Part shown: piece by piece, positions 46,119 through 55,142 of the stretch | Layout: each line of letters begins with the position of its first letter | How positions within the stretch are numbered: position 1 is the stretch's first letter | Source of the DNA: Minisyncoccia bacterium | Lineage (GTDB): Bacteria > Patescibacteriota > Minisyncoccia > Phycocordibacterales > PALSA-1337 | Direction: 5' to 3' | Assembly (NCBI GenBank): GCA_044228445.1 | Contig: JBGAUV010000001.1 | Location: forward strand, 143,827-207,826 | DNA length: 64,000 bases | Notes under the pieces: model-generated | Told to the model about the DNA's origin: nothing | Databases searched by the model: none | The model's input: only the letters and a program-made list of their open reading frames with translations | Position numbers and translations under genes: made by a program

Positions 46119-46406
46119 CTAACCTATATCCCAGTTATCATATTCCTTGTGTGTGCCGACCTTTTTTATAAGCACAACCTGGTTTTTGTAGTTTATCTGT
46201 ACTAGGACTCGGTACTTATTGTGACAGATGTCGAATATTACATGCTGGTTCTTTACTAAACTTGCCTTCCTATATCTTTCCTTGAGTTCATGAGGGGTTT
46301 GCCACTTAGCATTCTCAACTTCAGCTTCCCACGAGTCTATGTGGGACCTTGCATCGGTGTGCCTCTCTTTGAAATCTTGTGTAATTTTTTTGCCTAGTAA
46401 TTTCAT
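46119..46406 (-). CDS. higB: HigB-family toxin (RelE/ParE superfamily)
   Basis: FDICHNKYRVLVQINYKNQVVLIKKVGTHKEYDNWD. Confidence 0.7.
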   Translation of the reverse strand: MKLLGKKITQDFKERHTDARSHIDSWEAEVENAKWQTPHELKERYRKASLVKNQHVIFDICHNKYRVLVQINYKNQVVLIKKVGTHKEYDNWDIG

Positions 46407-46549
46407 TTGTCACAGAAGGGTCCACTGATACATTAATAAATGTTCCCATAGTGGGAATACTATACCTAGTACGATTGGAAGTCAAGATTCTTTTCATAAT
46501 GGTCCATTTTTGATATAAAAGACCCCATAATTAGCCCCTAAATGCCCCT

Positions 46550-46804
46550 GTGTACGCTTTTCAGGCGAGGTTCGGGGGTAATTACAAACATATGATTTCA
46601 AAACAAGCGTTAGAAGAATTCAAAGAGATTTGGCGAAAGGAAAACCCTGGCCAAGATATCGACGATGCAACTGCAATGGATCAGGCAGTAGCTTTGCTTA
46701 CTCTCATGGATACAGTCTACAGACCAGTGAAGAAAGAATGGCTCGAAAAGTATAAGAGCGAAGTGGTTGAAGAAAATAGTGAAGACAAGGGTAGGGTGAA
46801 ATAA
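46550..46804 (+). CDS. Small conserved hypothetical protein (paralog of 33906..34172); 3' end overlaps a DGR-flanking repeat
   Basis: Shared motif with the other element's small ORF; last 22 nt are one copy of the AGTGAAGACAAGGGTRGGGT repeat. Confidence 0.35.
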   Translation: MYAFQARFGGNYKHMISKQALEEFKEIWRKENPGQDIDDATAMDQAVALLTLMDTVYRPVKKEWLEKYKSEVVEENSEDKGRVK

Positions 46805-47043
46805 CCTAAGGTCGTTATTTACGATAAAACTTTACAACTTGATAACGCCTGATCATGCCTGTTAACTCCTGACCGTCAATACGGTTAAATTACGGTGGTC
46901 GACCTGATAGAACAGGAAAATAACAGGTGAACTGGTCCGCAAAGAATTTGCGGTGATTACGGTCACTTAGAAGTAGTCCGAAATAGTGAATGAGACAGTG
47001 GGGTAATAGCCTAAATTACCCATATTAGTCTGTTTTATCGGTA

Positions 47044-47072
47044 TTGACAATAGTGCAATATGGGTGTATAAT
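47044..47072 (+). promoter_or_regulatory. Perfect consensus sigma70 promoter upstream of the DGR target gene
   Basis: TTGACAatagtgcaatatgggtgTATAAT (17-nt spacer); 5' UTR contains a 9-bp perfect stem GGTCATAGC...GCTATGACC. Confidence 0.65.
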
Positions 47073-47212
47073 AGTTACATAGTTCTTTGATAAGAATTGC
47101 GAGTTGGTCATAGCGAAAAGCGGCTCAATCTTGGGCCCCTCCTTGCTATGACCACACCGGCCCATAGTGCCTCCTCGGCGTAGAGGGAAACCAAAAAGAA
47201 AGGAAACTGACC

Positions 47213-47926
47213 ATGAATACCATGCTCAGCAAGGCGCTCCGCGAATTCACAACCGGACCGCTCAATCAGCTCATTGTGAACCTCGGTGGCCAGGAAGGCG
47301 ACCAATGGGAAGAGGAACTGAAGAAGTTTCTCCGCAAGGAACCCTGTTGGAGTAACGGACAGGTCGCGCAAGTGACCCAACCGAAAACCAAGCCCTCGAT
47401 CCTCGAGCTCGTCTCGACTGTCGTGGTCTCGGCAACCACCAGCAAGTTCATCGCCAAAGATAAGTTCGTGGTCAACACCAAGCGCAACGCTCCGGTGAAG
47501 ATCTCGGCAGTCTGGGACAACTTCACCAGCTGGTTCCTGTCGGGCGACGGCAAGACCGAAGACCCTATCAGCGAACAGACGCTCCGCTACCACAAATTGC
47601 GGAAGTCTTCAGTTGATGGTCCCATCATTACCGAACTGGGTGGCGAGGAGAAATCCGAAACCACTTTGACGGAAATGTTCTCCTTGATGGAGAAGCAGAA
47701 GAATGGTGAAGACGGTGTTCTCTTGAACAACGGCTACGCCAACATCTTCTACATTCGGGACCAGAATGGTGTGCTTCGCGCGGTCGACGTGTGCTGGTTC
47801 GACGACGGCTGGGACGTCGATGCGTTCTCCGTCGAGAACCCGGGCAGGTGGTCTGATGGCTACCAGGTGTTCTCTCGCAATTCTGTTCTCGAATCCTCGG
47901 AACCTTCGGCTCCGGCGCAAGCCTGA
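47213..47926 (+). CDS. DGR target (variable) protein with C-terminal variable region
   Basis: C-terminus ...GVLRAVDVCWFDDGWDVDAFSVENPGRWSDGYQVFSRN is the VR counterpart of the TR; ~55% GC in an AT-rich genome. Confidence 0.85.
   Translation: MNTMLSKALREFTTGPLNQLIVNLGGQEGDQWEEELKKFLRKEPCWSNGQVAQVTQPKTKPSILELVSTVVVSATTSKFIAKDKFVVNTKRNAPVKISAVWDNFTSWFLSGDGKTEDPISEQTLRYHKLRKSSVDGPIITELGGEEKSETTLTEMFSLMEKQKNGEDGVLLNNGYANIFYIRDQNGVLRAVDVCWFDDGWDVDAFSVENPGRWSDGYQVFSRNSVLESSEPSAPAQA
47768..47877 (+). repeat. DGR variable repeat (VR), 110 bp
   Basis: Aligns to the TR with 14 mismatches, every one at a TR adenine (AAC to GAC/TGC/TTC/GGC/TAC; AAT to GAT/TCT). Confidence 0.9.
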
Positions 47927-48243
47927 TCCTTTGTCCCTTGGACCCTTTGACCCTCGGTCTGCTTCGGCGGATTGGGGGTCAATTTTTTATATTTAAATTT
48001 CTCTTGCTATACTTATTTCCGAAATCATGTGTTACGTGACGGTTACGGCTTTCACGTCATGGTCTTAAGATATTTTTCTCGAGAGTCACACTGGGTATGC
48101 CTTGTGTGAGAGTGGGGAAAGTCTCTTCAAAAAAATAACAAGAATTGGTATATGAGATTAGCGGACTTTGAGGTCCCAGATAAAATTCAGCTGGTCATGG
48201 TTTGGCTGGCGGTGATATAGATGATCTTGTATACGATAACGCT

Positions 48244-48353
48244 GGTGTGCTTCGCGCGGTCAACGTGAACTGGAACGACGACGGCTGGAACGTCAATGCG
48301 AACTCCGTCGAGAACCCGAACAGGTGGAATGATGGCAACCAGGTGTTCTCTCG
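48244..48353 (+). repeat. DGR template repeat (TR), 110 bp
   Basis: Asn-codon-rich (AAC/AAT) copy of the VR; the enclosing ORF 48202..48483 is not considered coding. Confidence 0.9.
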
Positions 48354-48376
48354 AAACTGTTGGTTTTCTCCTCGGC

Positions 48377-48768
48377 TTAAGGTCGGGGAGTTTTTGCTTG
48401 CAAACCCTTCTTCCAACCACCAAGTTGTCGCCCTATTTCCTCAAGTTTTCCGATTAAGTCCGAGTATGTATCAGTTGGAATAATTTTACTTTCCCATGCG
48501 AGTTGTACAAAGAACTTCACAATATCAAGTTTTGTGATGGCTTTGTTTAATATTGGTATTTTGTGTTCAGGTGGGAGATAAGAAAGACAGAATGTGTATT
48601 CAAGTACATCAAGAAAAGCCTGTTCAATTCTGTTTCCAATTCCATACCGCTCGACTTTCGGAAAATCACGATAGATAGAGAGCCAAAAACGATATGTCTC
48701 TTTCGATTTGAGAATTACCTGTGGTAATTCTCGGGGGGGGTAATATGATCCTTATTAGTATGAGTCAT
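48377..48768 (-). CDS. avd: DGR accessory variability determinant (Avd), antisense to TR/RT; frame interrupted at a G8 tract
   Basis: Minus-strand translation ...ELPQVILKSKETYRFWLSIYRDFPKVERYGIGNRIEQAFLDVLEYTF...VKFFVQLAWESKII...IGKLEEIGRQLGGWKKGLQAK is an Avd four-helix bundle; no canonical in-frame start, but the ATG at 48768..48766 joins this frame if the 48733..48740 G8 run were G9. Confidence 0.65.
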
Positions 48769-49755
48769 GAGTATAAGAATATCATATCCATCAAAAATCT
48801 ATGCGATGCGTGGACCGAATTTATATGTGGCAAGAAATCTAAAAAGGACGTTGCTGAATTTTCTCTGAATCTCTCTCAAAACATTTTCAAATTGCACGAG
48901 GAACTGCGAACAAAAACGTATAGACATGGTGCATACGAAGCTTTTTCGATAAGTGATCCGAAACCGAGAAGTATTCACAAGGCTACGGTCCGAGATAGAT
49001 TATTGCATCATGCTATTTACAGGATTTTGTATCCCTATTTTGATAAAAAGTTTATTTATGATTCTTACTCCTGTCGACAGTTCAAAGGAACACATCGAGC
49101 GTTAAATCGGTTCAATGATTTCGTGATGAAAGTATCACAAAGTAATAGCAGGGCATGCTGGGTTTTGAAATGCGATGTAAGAAAGTTTTTCGCATCTATT
49201 GATCATGAAAAGCTTATTGAAATATTCAAGCGACATATTAATGATATGGAAACGATCTGGCTTGTTGAACGCATTGTTGAGAGTTTTCAAAGTACTGGTC
49301 CAGGAAAGGGTTTGCCTTTAGGTAACCTGACCTCGCAACTCTTGGTAAATGTTTACATGAATGAGTTCGACCAGTTTGTGAAGCACAAGCTCAAAGCTAA
49401 GTATTATATTCGGTATGCCGATGACTTCGTTATTATGCACCATGAGAAAGATGTGTTGGTGGATATTCTGCCAAAGGTCCAGAGCTTTCTCAGTGAGCAA
49501 CTAAAGCTGTCTCTTCATCCAGATAAGGTGTTTATAAAGACAGCTTCATCAGGCGTAGATTTTCTGGGCTGGGTCCATTTTCCGCACCATCGAGTGATAC
49601 GGACAACAACAAAAAATCGTATGTTCAAGAAAATCAAAGATTCTCAAGAAAAGCCGGAAGTCGTCCAGTCGTACCTCGGACTTTTGAGTCATGGTAATGG
49701 TTGGAAATTGAAACAGAGAGTTAAGGATAAAATAGTGAAGACAAGGGTGGGGTAA
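48745..49755 (+). CDS. DGR reverse transcriptase
   Basis: RT motifs LKCDVRKFFASIDH, LPLGNLTSQLLVNVYMNEFD (DGR-type [LI]GxxxSQ), YIRYADDFVIM (YxDD), LHPDKVFI, FLGW; start taken at ATG 48745 (or 48760). Confidence 0.9.
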   Translation: MILISMSHEYKNIISIKNLCDAWTEFICGKKSKKDVAEFSLNLSQNIFKLHEELRTKTYRHGAYEAFSISDPKPRSIHKATVRDRLLHHAIYRILYPYFDKKFIYDSYSCRQFKGTHRALNRFNDFVMKVSQSNSRACWVLKCDVRKFFASIDHEKLIEIFKRHINDMETIWLVERIVESFQSTGPGKGLPLGNLTSQLLVNVYMNEFDQFVKHKLKAKYYIRYADDFVIMHHEKDVLVDILPKVQSFLSEQLKLSLHPDKVFIKTASSGVDFLGWVHFPHHRVIRTTTKNRMFKKIKDSQEKPEVVQSYLGLLSHGNGWKLKQRVKDKIVKTRVG

Positions 49756-50254
49756 CCCAATAAATTTACCCGTAATAACGGGAAATTAACGGGAAGTCAC
49801 TTTTTTGCAACATAGTGAGTGAGAGTGTGGGGTAAGACTGATAAAGCAGTTAAAAAGCAGTCTCGCACTCCGTTGTTAATACAACGTGAAAACAACGGCA
49901 GTTATTGCCGTTAAAAAACAGTGAAAAAACGGTTAACACCCGCCCTTTAAAAAGGGTAAAAAAGGGCGTAGTTATTATAAATACAGATCTGATACAGAGA
50001 AGAAATTACTTTTTAGATACAGTGAGTGCTGGTGTAGGGTAACAATCTTTGAAGCTTGGAATGTAGATCGTAGCATCGTCGATTTTTCGGAAGATTTCTG
50101 TAACTTGAGCGACCACGCGACCCCAAGAAATGTCTCAAAAATATAGAATTATTATTAGTATGTTTTAATAAAAAACAGTTTTAAATTAATTTGATTTAAT
50201 CTAATACTAAACAAAATTCTATTGTATAATATAAACATAATATTATATTAAAAA

Positions 50255-50749
50255 ATGCTTAATTTTGGCTCATATTTATTATCAAGTGCTTATTCTTCAA
50301 TTTTACCTCTATTTAATTTAGGTAGTTCTGTTGCTTCTGTAAGTAATGCTGGCGATTCTTTGAATGCTATTCCTGTGGCTATATTTACTTTATTTGGTTT
50401 CTTTTGGTTTATTACATTGGCTTTAGGAATACTTATTTATGTATCAATGTGGAAAGTATTTGTCAAAGCGGGGAAACCTGGTTGGGCTTCACTTATTCCT
50501 ATTTATAACGTTATTGTTTTATTTGAAATAACAAACAAACCTACTTGGTGGATTATTCTAATGTTTATTCCATTTGTAAACATCGTTATTGCTTTTATTT
50601 TAACTCATGATTTAGCAATTTCTTTCGGTAAGGATATTGGTTTTGCAATAGGGCTTATATTATTACCTTACGTATTTTATCCAATACTTGCTTTTAGTGA
50701 TGCAAAATACGTTGGTATAAATTCAAATAACGCTATGTCTAATAAATGA
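50255..50749 (+). CDS. Membrane protein (DUF5684-like)
   Basis: KAGKPGWASLIPIYNVIVLFEITNKPTWWIILMFIP. Confidence 0.4.
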   Translation: MLNFGSYLLSSAYSSILPLFNLGSSVASVSNAGDSLNAIPVAIFTLFGFFWFITLALGILIYVSMWKVFVKAGKPGWASLIPIYNVIVLFEITNKPTWWIILMFIPFVNIVIAFILTHDLAISFGKDIGFAIGLILLPYVFYPILAFSDAKYVGINSNNAMSNK

Positions 50750-51636
50750 AAAAAAGTATCAAAATAATAATTGCAGTTATATTAGCAATAATACTTGGTA
50801 TTATTTTGTATAAAAATTATTATTTTTTCTTACCAAATTTATTTATTTCAAAACCTCCAGTTTCAATTTACCCTGAAACTATTTACCCAGGAGATCCTAT
50901 TTTTATTACTATAAACGCTAGTTCAACACCCAAGAAAATAAGTTTTGATAATAAAGTTATTCCAAGTTTTTATTTTAACGGTGCAAACAATGCTCTATTT
51001 GCAACTGATTTTTATGAAAAGAAATTGCAACATAGAGTCTCAGTCGAACTTAATAATGGAATGATAATCAATAAAGATATAGTTTTGACCAGTAGAGAAA
51101 AAATAGAAAAACCACTAGGTATACCAGAAAAACTCGGAGGCAATACTCCACAAGCAGGGAAGGCTCTTGTAAATAATTTAGCAAATGAAAACTACGTTTT
51201 AAATAATATTCAGAGTTCTTCAAAAATGATATGGAAACAACCTTTTGCAAAACCACTTCAAAATTTATTTATAACTGATACTTATGGTTATGATAGAAAA
51301 ACAGTTGGCTATACTATAGTTCATAAAGGAACAGATTTTAGAGCTGAAATTGGTACACCTGTATATGCTATGAATGATGGAATTGTAAGAATAGCGAGAA
51401 ATTTTACTGTATATGGAAATGTTATTGCTATTGATCATGGACAAGGATTAATTACTTTATATATGCATTTATCAAAGATAAATGTTAAACAAGGTGATAT
51501 GGTAAAAATAGGTGAAAATATCGGTGAGAGTGGTCAAACAGGATATGTATCAGCACCACATTTACATATAAGTATAAAGATAAATGGTATATCTATAGAC
51601 CCTGCAACATTTATGAAATTTTTCAAGATTATATAA
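50746..51636 (+). CDS. M23-family peptidase (LytM-like)
   Basis: HKGTDFRAEIGTPVYAMNDGIV...IDHGQGLITLYMHLS...GESGQTGYVSAPHLH. Confidence 0.9.
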   Translation: MKKSIKIIIAVILAIILGIILYKNYYFFLPNLFISKPPVSIYPETIYPGDPIFITINASSTPKKISFDNKVIPSFYFNGANNALFATDFYEKKLQHRVSVELNNGMIINKDIVLTSREKIEKPLGIPEKLGGNTPQAGKALVNNLANENYVLNNIQSSSKMIWKQPFAKPLQNLFITDTYGYDRKTVGYTIVHKGTDFRAEIGTPVYAMNDGIVRIARNFTVYGNVIAIDHGQGLITLYMHLSKINVKQGDMVKIGENIGESGQTGYVSAPHLHISIKINGISIDPATFMKFFKII

Positions 51637-51719
51637 AATATTATGTATGTTAGTATGTTATTCATAAATAAATAAAAATATGCAAAAAAATAATAATAAC
51701 AGCAGTAGTAATAGTAGCA

Positions 51720-52145
51720 GTGATAGGGGGTGTGTTTTATATGAAGAATAAATCAAGTTCGACACCACAGACCTCAATACCAAGTGAAAGTATAAACACA
51801 GCAAGTTCTACACAAGCAACTAGTACAATTCAAAATAATACAAATGCTAGCACAACAACAAGTACAAAGATAAATACTGCAACAAGTACTATGGCAAGTA
51901 CAACAGTAAAGACATATAAGATATCAGATATTGCTATGCATAAAGATAGTAAGGATTGCTGGACAACTATAGATGGAGAGGTATTTGATCTTACTGCTTG
52001 GATAAAGCAGCACCCAGGAGGGGATAAAGCTATATTATCTATTTGTGGAATAGACGGAACAAAAGCTTTTGAAGGTCAACATGGTGGAAAAGCAAAGATA
52101 GAAATGAAGCTTGAAACATTCAAGATCGGAAATCTTTCAAAATAG
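51720..52145 (+). CDS. Cytochrome b5-like heme-binding domain protein with Ser/Thr-rich N-terminal linker
   Basis: DCWTTIDGEVFDLTAWIKQHPGG...GIDGTKAF; start may be the internal Met at 51741. Confidence 0.7.
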   Translation: MIGGVFYMKNKSSSTPQTSIPSESINTASSTQATSTIQNNTNASTTTSTKINTATSTMASTTVKTYKISDIAMHKDSKDCWTTIDGEVFDLTAWIKQHPGGDKAILSICGIDGTKAFEGQHGGKAKIEMKLETFKIGNLSK

Positions 52146-52173
52146 TTAAAATAACATGTTATAATACTACCAA

Positions 52174-52734
52174 ATGAGAGGTGGTAAAAATAAAAAATCT
52201 AGCGCAATTTTAGAGGATGTATTTTATATCTTTGTAGGTATAGTAATAGCTATTGTTTTTTCAAGGTCAGGTTTGGTTGATCAGATATATGGAGTTTTGG
52301 GAAATAGTGTTCTTGCTTGTTTTATTGCTGGAATATTTTTTACTTCTGCTTTTACTATTGCCCCTAGTTCAATATTTCTTGTGCATATTGCTCAATCACT
52401 TCCATTACAAACAGTTGCATTATGGGGAGCTCTAGGGGCGGTGGTGGGGGATCTTATATTATTTCTATTTATTAGAGATAAATTTGCTGAAGATTTATTA
52501 AAAAGCTTCAAACCTAGTTTTACAAAACACATCTTTAAATCTTTTCATTTAGGATTTTTAAAATGGTTTTCTCCAATACTAGGTGCTTTTATTATTGCTT
52601 CACCTTTACCTGATGAACTTGGCCTTACTCTTATGGGTTTATCAAAGACAAGACTTTATATACTTATACCTGTATCATTTATCATGAATATGATAGGTAT
52701 TAATGTGATTGTTTGGTTTTCACATATTATATAG
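52174..52734 (+). CDS. Hypothetical membrane protein
   Basis: 5-6 TM. Confidence 0.4.
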   Translation: MRGGKNKKSSAILEDVFYIFVGIVIAIVFSRSGLVDQIYGVLGNSVLACFIAGIFFTSAFTIAPSSIFLVHIAQSLPLQTVALWGALGAVVGDLILFLFIRDKFAEDLLKSFKPSFTKHIFKSFHLGFLKWFSPILGAFIIASPLPDELGLTLMGLSKTRLYILIPVSFIMNMIGINVIVWFSHII

Positions 52735-52771
52735 TTTTTAATTTGATTTATGTGCTAAAATTAAAGGAAAT

Positions 52772-55126
52772 ATGTCGCACATTTCTTCCAATACAGCATA
52801 CGATTCAAAAATAATAGCTTTTGATCTTGATGGTACTCTCTCAAAGAGTAAAGAAAAAATTTCCCCTAGTATATCGTCATTATTAAACTCTCTTAGTAAA
52901 AAAAGAAAGATATTGATAATATCTGGAGGATCTTTTGAACAATACAATAAACAATTAATTCCTTTTATTGAACCCAATGAAAACTTTATTTTATTGCCAC
53001 TTGAGGGTAGTGAAAGGTTTGAGTATTCAAGAAAAACAGAAAAATGGGAAATGACTTTCAAAAAAGAATTTCCAAAAGATATTAAAAAGGATGTAGTAAA
53101 TGTTTTAAATAAAATAATAAATTCAGGTAAATATGATATACCAAGTATTCACGAAGGATCATACATAGAAGACAGAGATACAGAAATAGCCTTTTCTGCT
53201 TTAGGTCAAAATGCTAATATAAAAGAGAAAGAGAATTGGGATAAAGATCATAAAAAAAGGGAAAAAATAAAAAAAGAGATTGAAAGTGAAATTCCAAATG
53301 TTGCTGTAACAATAGGTGGTACTACAACAATAGAAGTTCTGACAAAAGGTTGGAGTAAAGCTGTAGGCCTAATTTATTATATAAAACAACATAACTATAA
53401 TAATAACGATATATTATTTATTGGCGATGCAATATTTCCTGGAGGTAATGATTATTCAATTTTTGAGAAAAATATTCAATGTATAAAAGTGAATAGTCCA
53501 CAAGATACAGAAATGATACTTGAAAAAATTTTATTAATAAACAGCACACCAAAATCTAATAATCCAATTGCGTATTTTTCTATGGAATATGCTCTAGATC
53601 ATAATCCTTTAATGTATGCAGGAGGTTTGGGTGTATTATCTGGAGATTATTTATTACAAGCAAGTAAGGATAAAGTTCCTTTATTTGCTTTTGGTTTGAA
53701 ATATAGTGACGCTCCACCAGATGATTTTTTTGAATTAAAAGATAAAGAAGGAAATATTGTTATTTTTTCAATACCTATTGAACAAAGTATAGTAAAAGCA
53801 AAAGTATGGCAGAGAAATATTGATAAAGATGGAATAGTAAAGCTTTACCTTTTTGATACTGATGTAAAAGAAAATAATGAAAATGATAAAAAAATAACTA
53901 GAAATCTTTATGATCCTATTTTTTTATCTAGATTAAAACAACAAATAGTTTTAGGAATTGGTAGTGTTAAACTCATTAAATATTTGGAAATTAATCCAAG
54001 TATTTACCATTTAAATGAAGGACATACAAGTTTTGTTGGTTTTGCTATTTTAAATGAAATGCCTATTTCAGAATGTACAAAAATAGTTGGAACAAAACAT
54101 ACTATTCTTCCAGAGTCAGGTTTATTTATAAAATATTTTGATTTAAAAAATATTCTTGAGAAATATTGTGAAAGTAATAAAAAAGATATTAATAATCTAT
54201 TTGATATGGGTAAATATGAAGGGGATCCAGAGTTGTTTTCTACTACAAAGTTTTTAATGAAAATATCAATAAGATCAAATGGTGTAAGTATTCCACATGT
54301 TGATTTTGAAAAAAAAGCTCACCCAAATAGTAAATTAATTCCAATAACCAATGGTGTGTATATAGATCGTTGGCAATCAAAAGAATTAAAAAATATTAAT
54401 TCAATAACAAATGAGGAATTGGCAAATATAAGAAAGAAGCTACGTTCAGTTATGATTGATTTTGTAAAAGAGAGAACAGGAATAACATTAAATAAAAATA
54501 TCTGCACACTTGTTTGGGCAAGAAGATTTGCTATGTATAAGAGACCATATTTATTATTTTCTGATGAAGAAAGAATAATAAATATTCTTTTAAATAAACA
54601 CTATCCAATGCAAATAATTATTTCAGGCAAACCTCATGAGGCAGATATAGAAGGACAAAAGATTATGAATAAAATTATTGAACTTGAAAAGAACCCAAGA
54701 ATAAAAGGAAGGTTGGCATATATAAAAGGTTATTCAACAGAAATATCTGAAAACTTAGTAAAGGGTGCTGATATATGGATAAATACACCTGAAATGGGTA
54801 AAGAAGCTTGTGGAACAAGTGGTATGAAATCAGGATTAAATGGAGCGGTACAATTAACAGTTCCAGATGGTTGGGCGGGTGAGGTTAATTGGAATGGAAT
54901 GGGTTATGTATTACCACAGGATGATCCAAAAGAAATGCTTTATGATTTACTCGAAAATGAAATCGCTCCTAGCTTTTATGAAAAATCTCTTGATAAAAGT
55001 GAAAATAAAGAATACGTTTCTGAAAAGTGGTTACAAATGTCTAGAAGTACAATTGAATTAGTAATGAAAAACTACACCACAGATAAAATGTTATCTGAAT
55101 ATATCCAAAAGCTGTATCATTTGTGA
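52772..55126 (+). CDS. HAD-like phosphatase domain fused to alpha-glucan (glycogen) phosphorylase
   Basis: N-terminal IIAFDLDGTL (HAD motif I) and FIGDAIFPGGND; C-terminal phosphorylase EACGTSGMKSGLNGAVQLTVPDGWAGE (PLP site). Confidence 0.75.
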   Translation: MSHISSNTAYDSKIIAFDLDGTLSKSKEKISPSISSLLNSLSKKRKILIISGGSFEQYNKQLIPFIEPNENFILLPLEGSERFEYSRKTEKWEMTFKKEFPKDIKKDVVNVLNKIINSGKYDIPSIHEGSYIEDRDTEIAFSALGQNANIKEKENWDKDHKKREKIKKEIESEIPNVAVTIGGTTTIEVLTKGWSKAVGLIYYIKQHNYNNNDILFIGDAIFPGGNDYSIFEKNIQCIKVNSPQDTEMILEKILLINSTPKSNNPIAYFSMEYALDHNPLMYAGGLGVLSGDYLLQASKDKVPLFAFGLKYSDAPPDDFFELKDKEGNIVIFSIPIEQSIVKAKVWQRNIDKDGIVKLYLFDTDVKENNENDKKITRNLYDPIFLSRLKQQIVLGIGSVKLIKYLEINPSIYHLNEGHTSFVGFAILNEMPISECTKIVGTKHTILPESGLFIKYFDLKNILEKYCESNKKDINNLFDMGKYEGDPELFSTTKFLMKISIRSNGVSIPHVDFEKKAHPNSKLIPITNGVYIDRWQSKELKNINSITNEELANIRKKLRSVMIDFVKERTGITLNKNICTLVWARRFAMYKRPYLLFSDEERIINILLNKHYPMQIIISGKPHEADIEGQKIMNKIIELEKNPRIKGRLAYIKGYSTEISENLVKGADIWINTPEMGKEACGTSGMKSGLNGAVQLTVPDGWAGEVNWNGMGYVLPQDDPKEMLYDLLENEIAPSFYEKSLDKSENKEYVSEKWLQMSRSTIELVMKNYTTDKMLSEYIQKLYHL

Positions 55127-55142
55127 TATAATATCATGACGT

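Noticed and set aside
47108-47593. 161-aa ORF antisense to the DGR target gene (also 47266..47553, 47609..47920, 47766..47996)
   Set aside because: GC-rich DNA yields long stop-free antisense frames; the sense strand has the VR-bearing protein with promoter and coherent domain logic.
48202-48483. 93-aa ORF covering the DGR template repeat
   Set aside because: This is the TR itself (Asn-codon-rich mimic of the VR); DGR TRs are non-coding templates. The avd gene on the opposite strand overlaps its 3' part.
48733-48740. Interpretation of the G8 tract purely as a biological phase-variation switch
   Set aside because: Not rejected as a hypothesis, but a homopolymer sequencing/assembly error is equally able to explain a single missing G; it cannot be decided from one consensus sequence.
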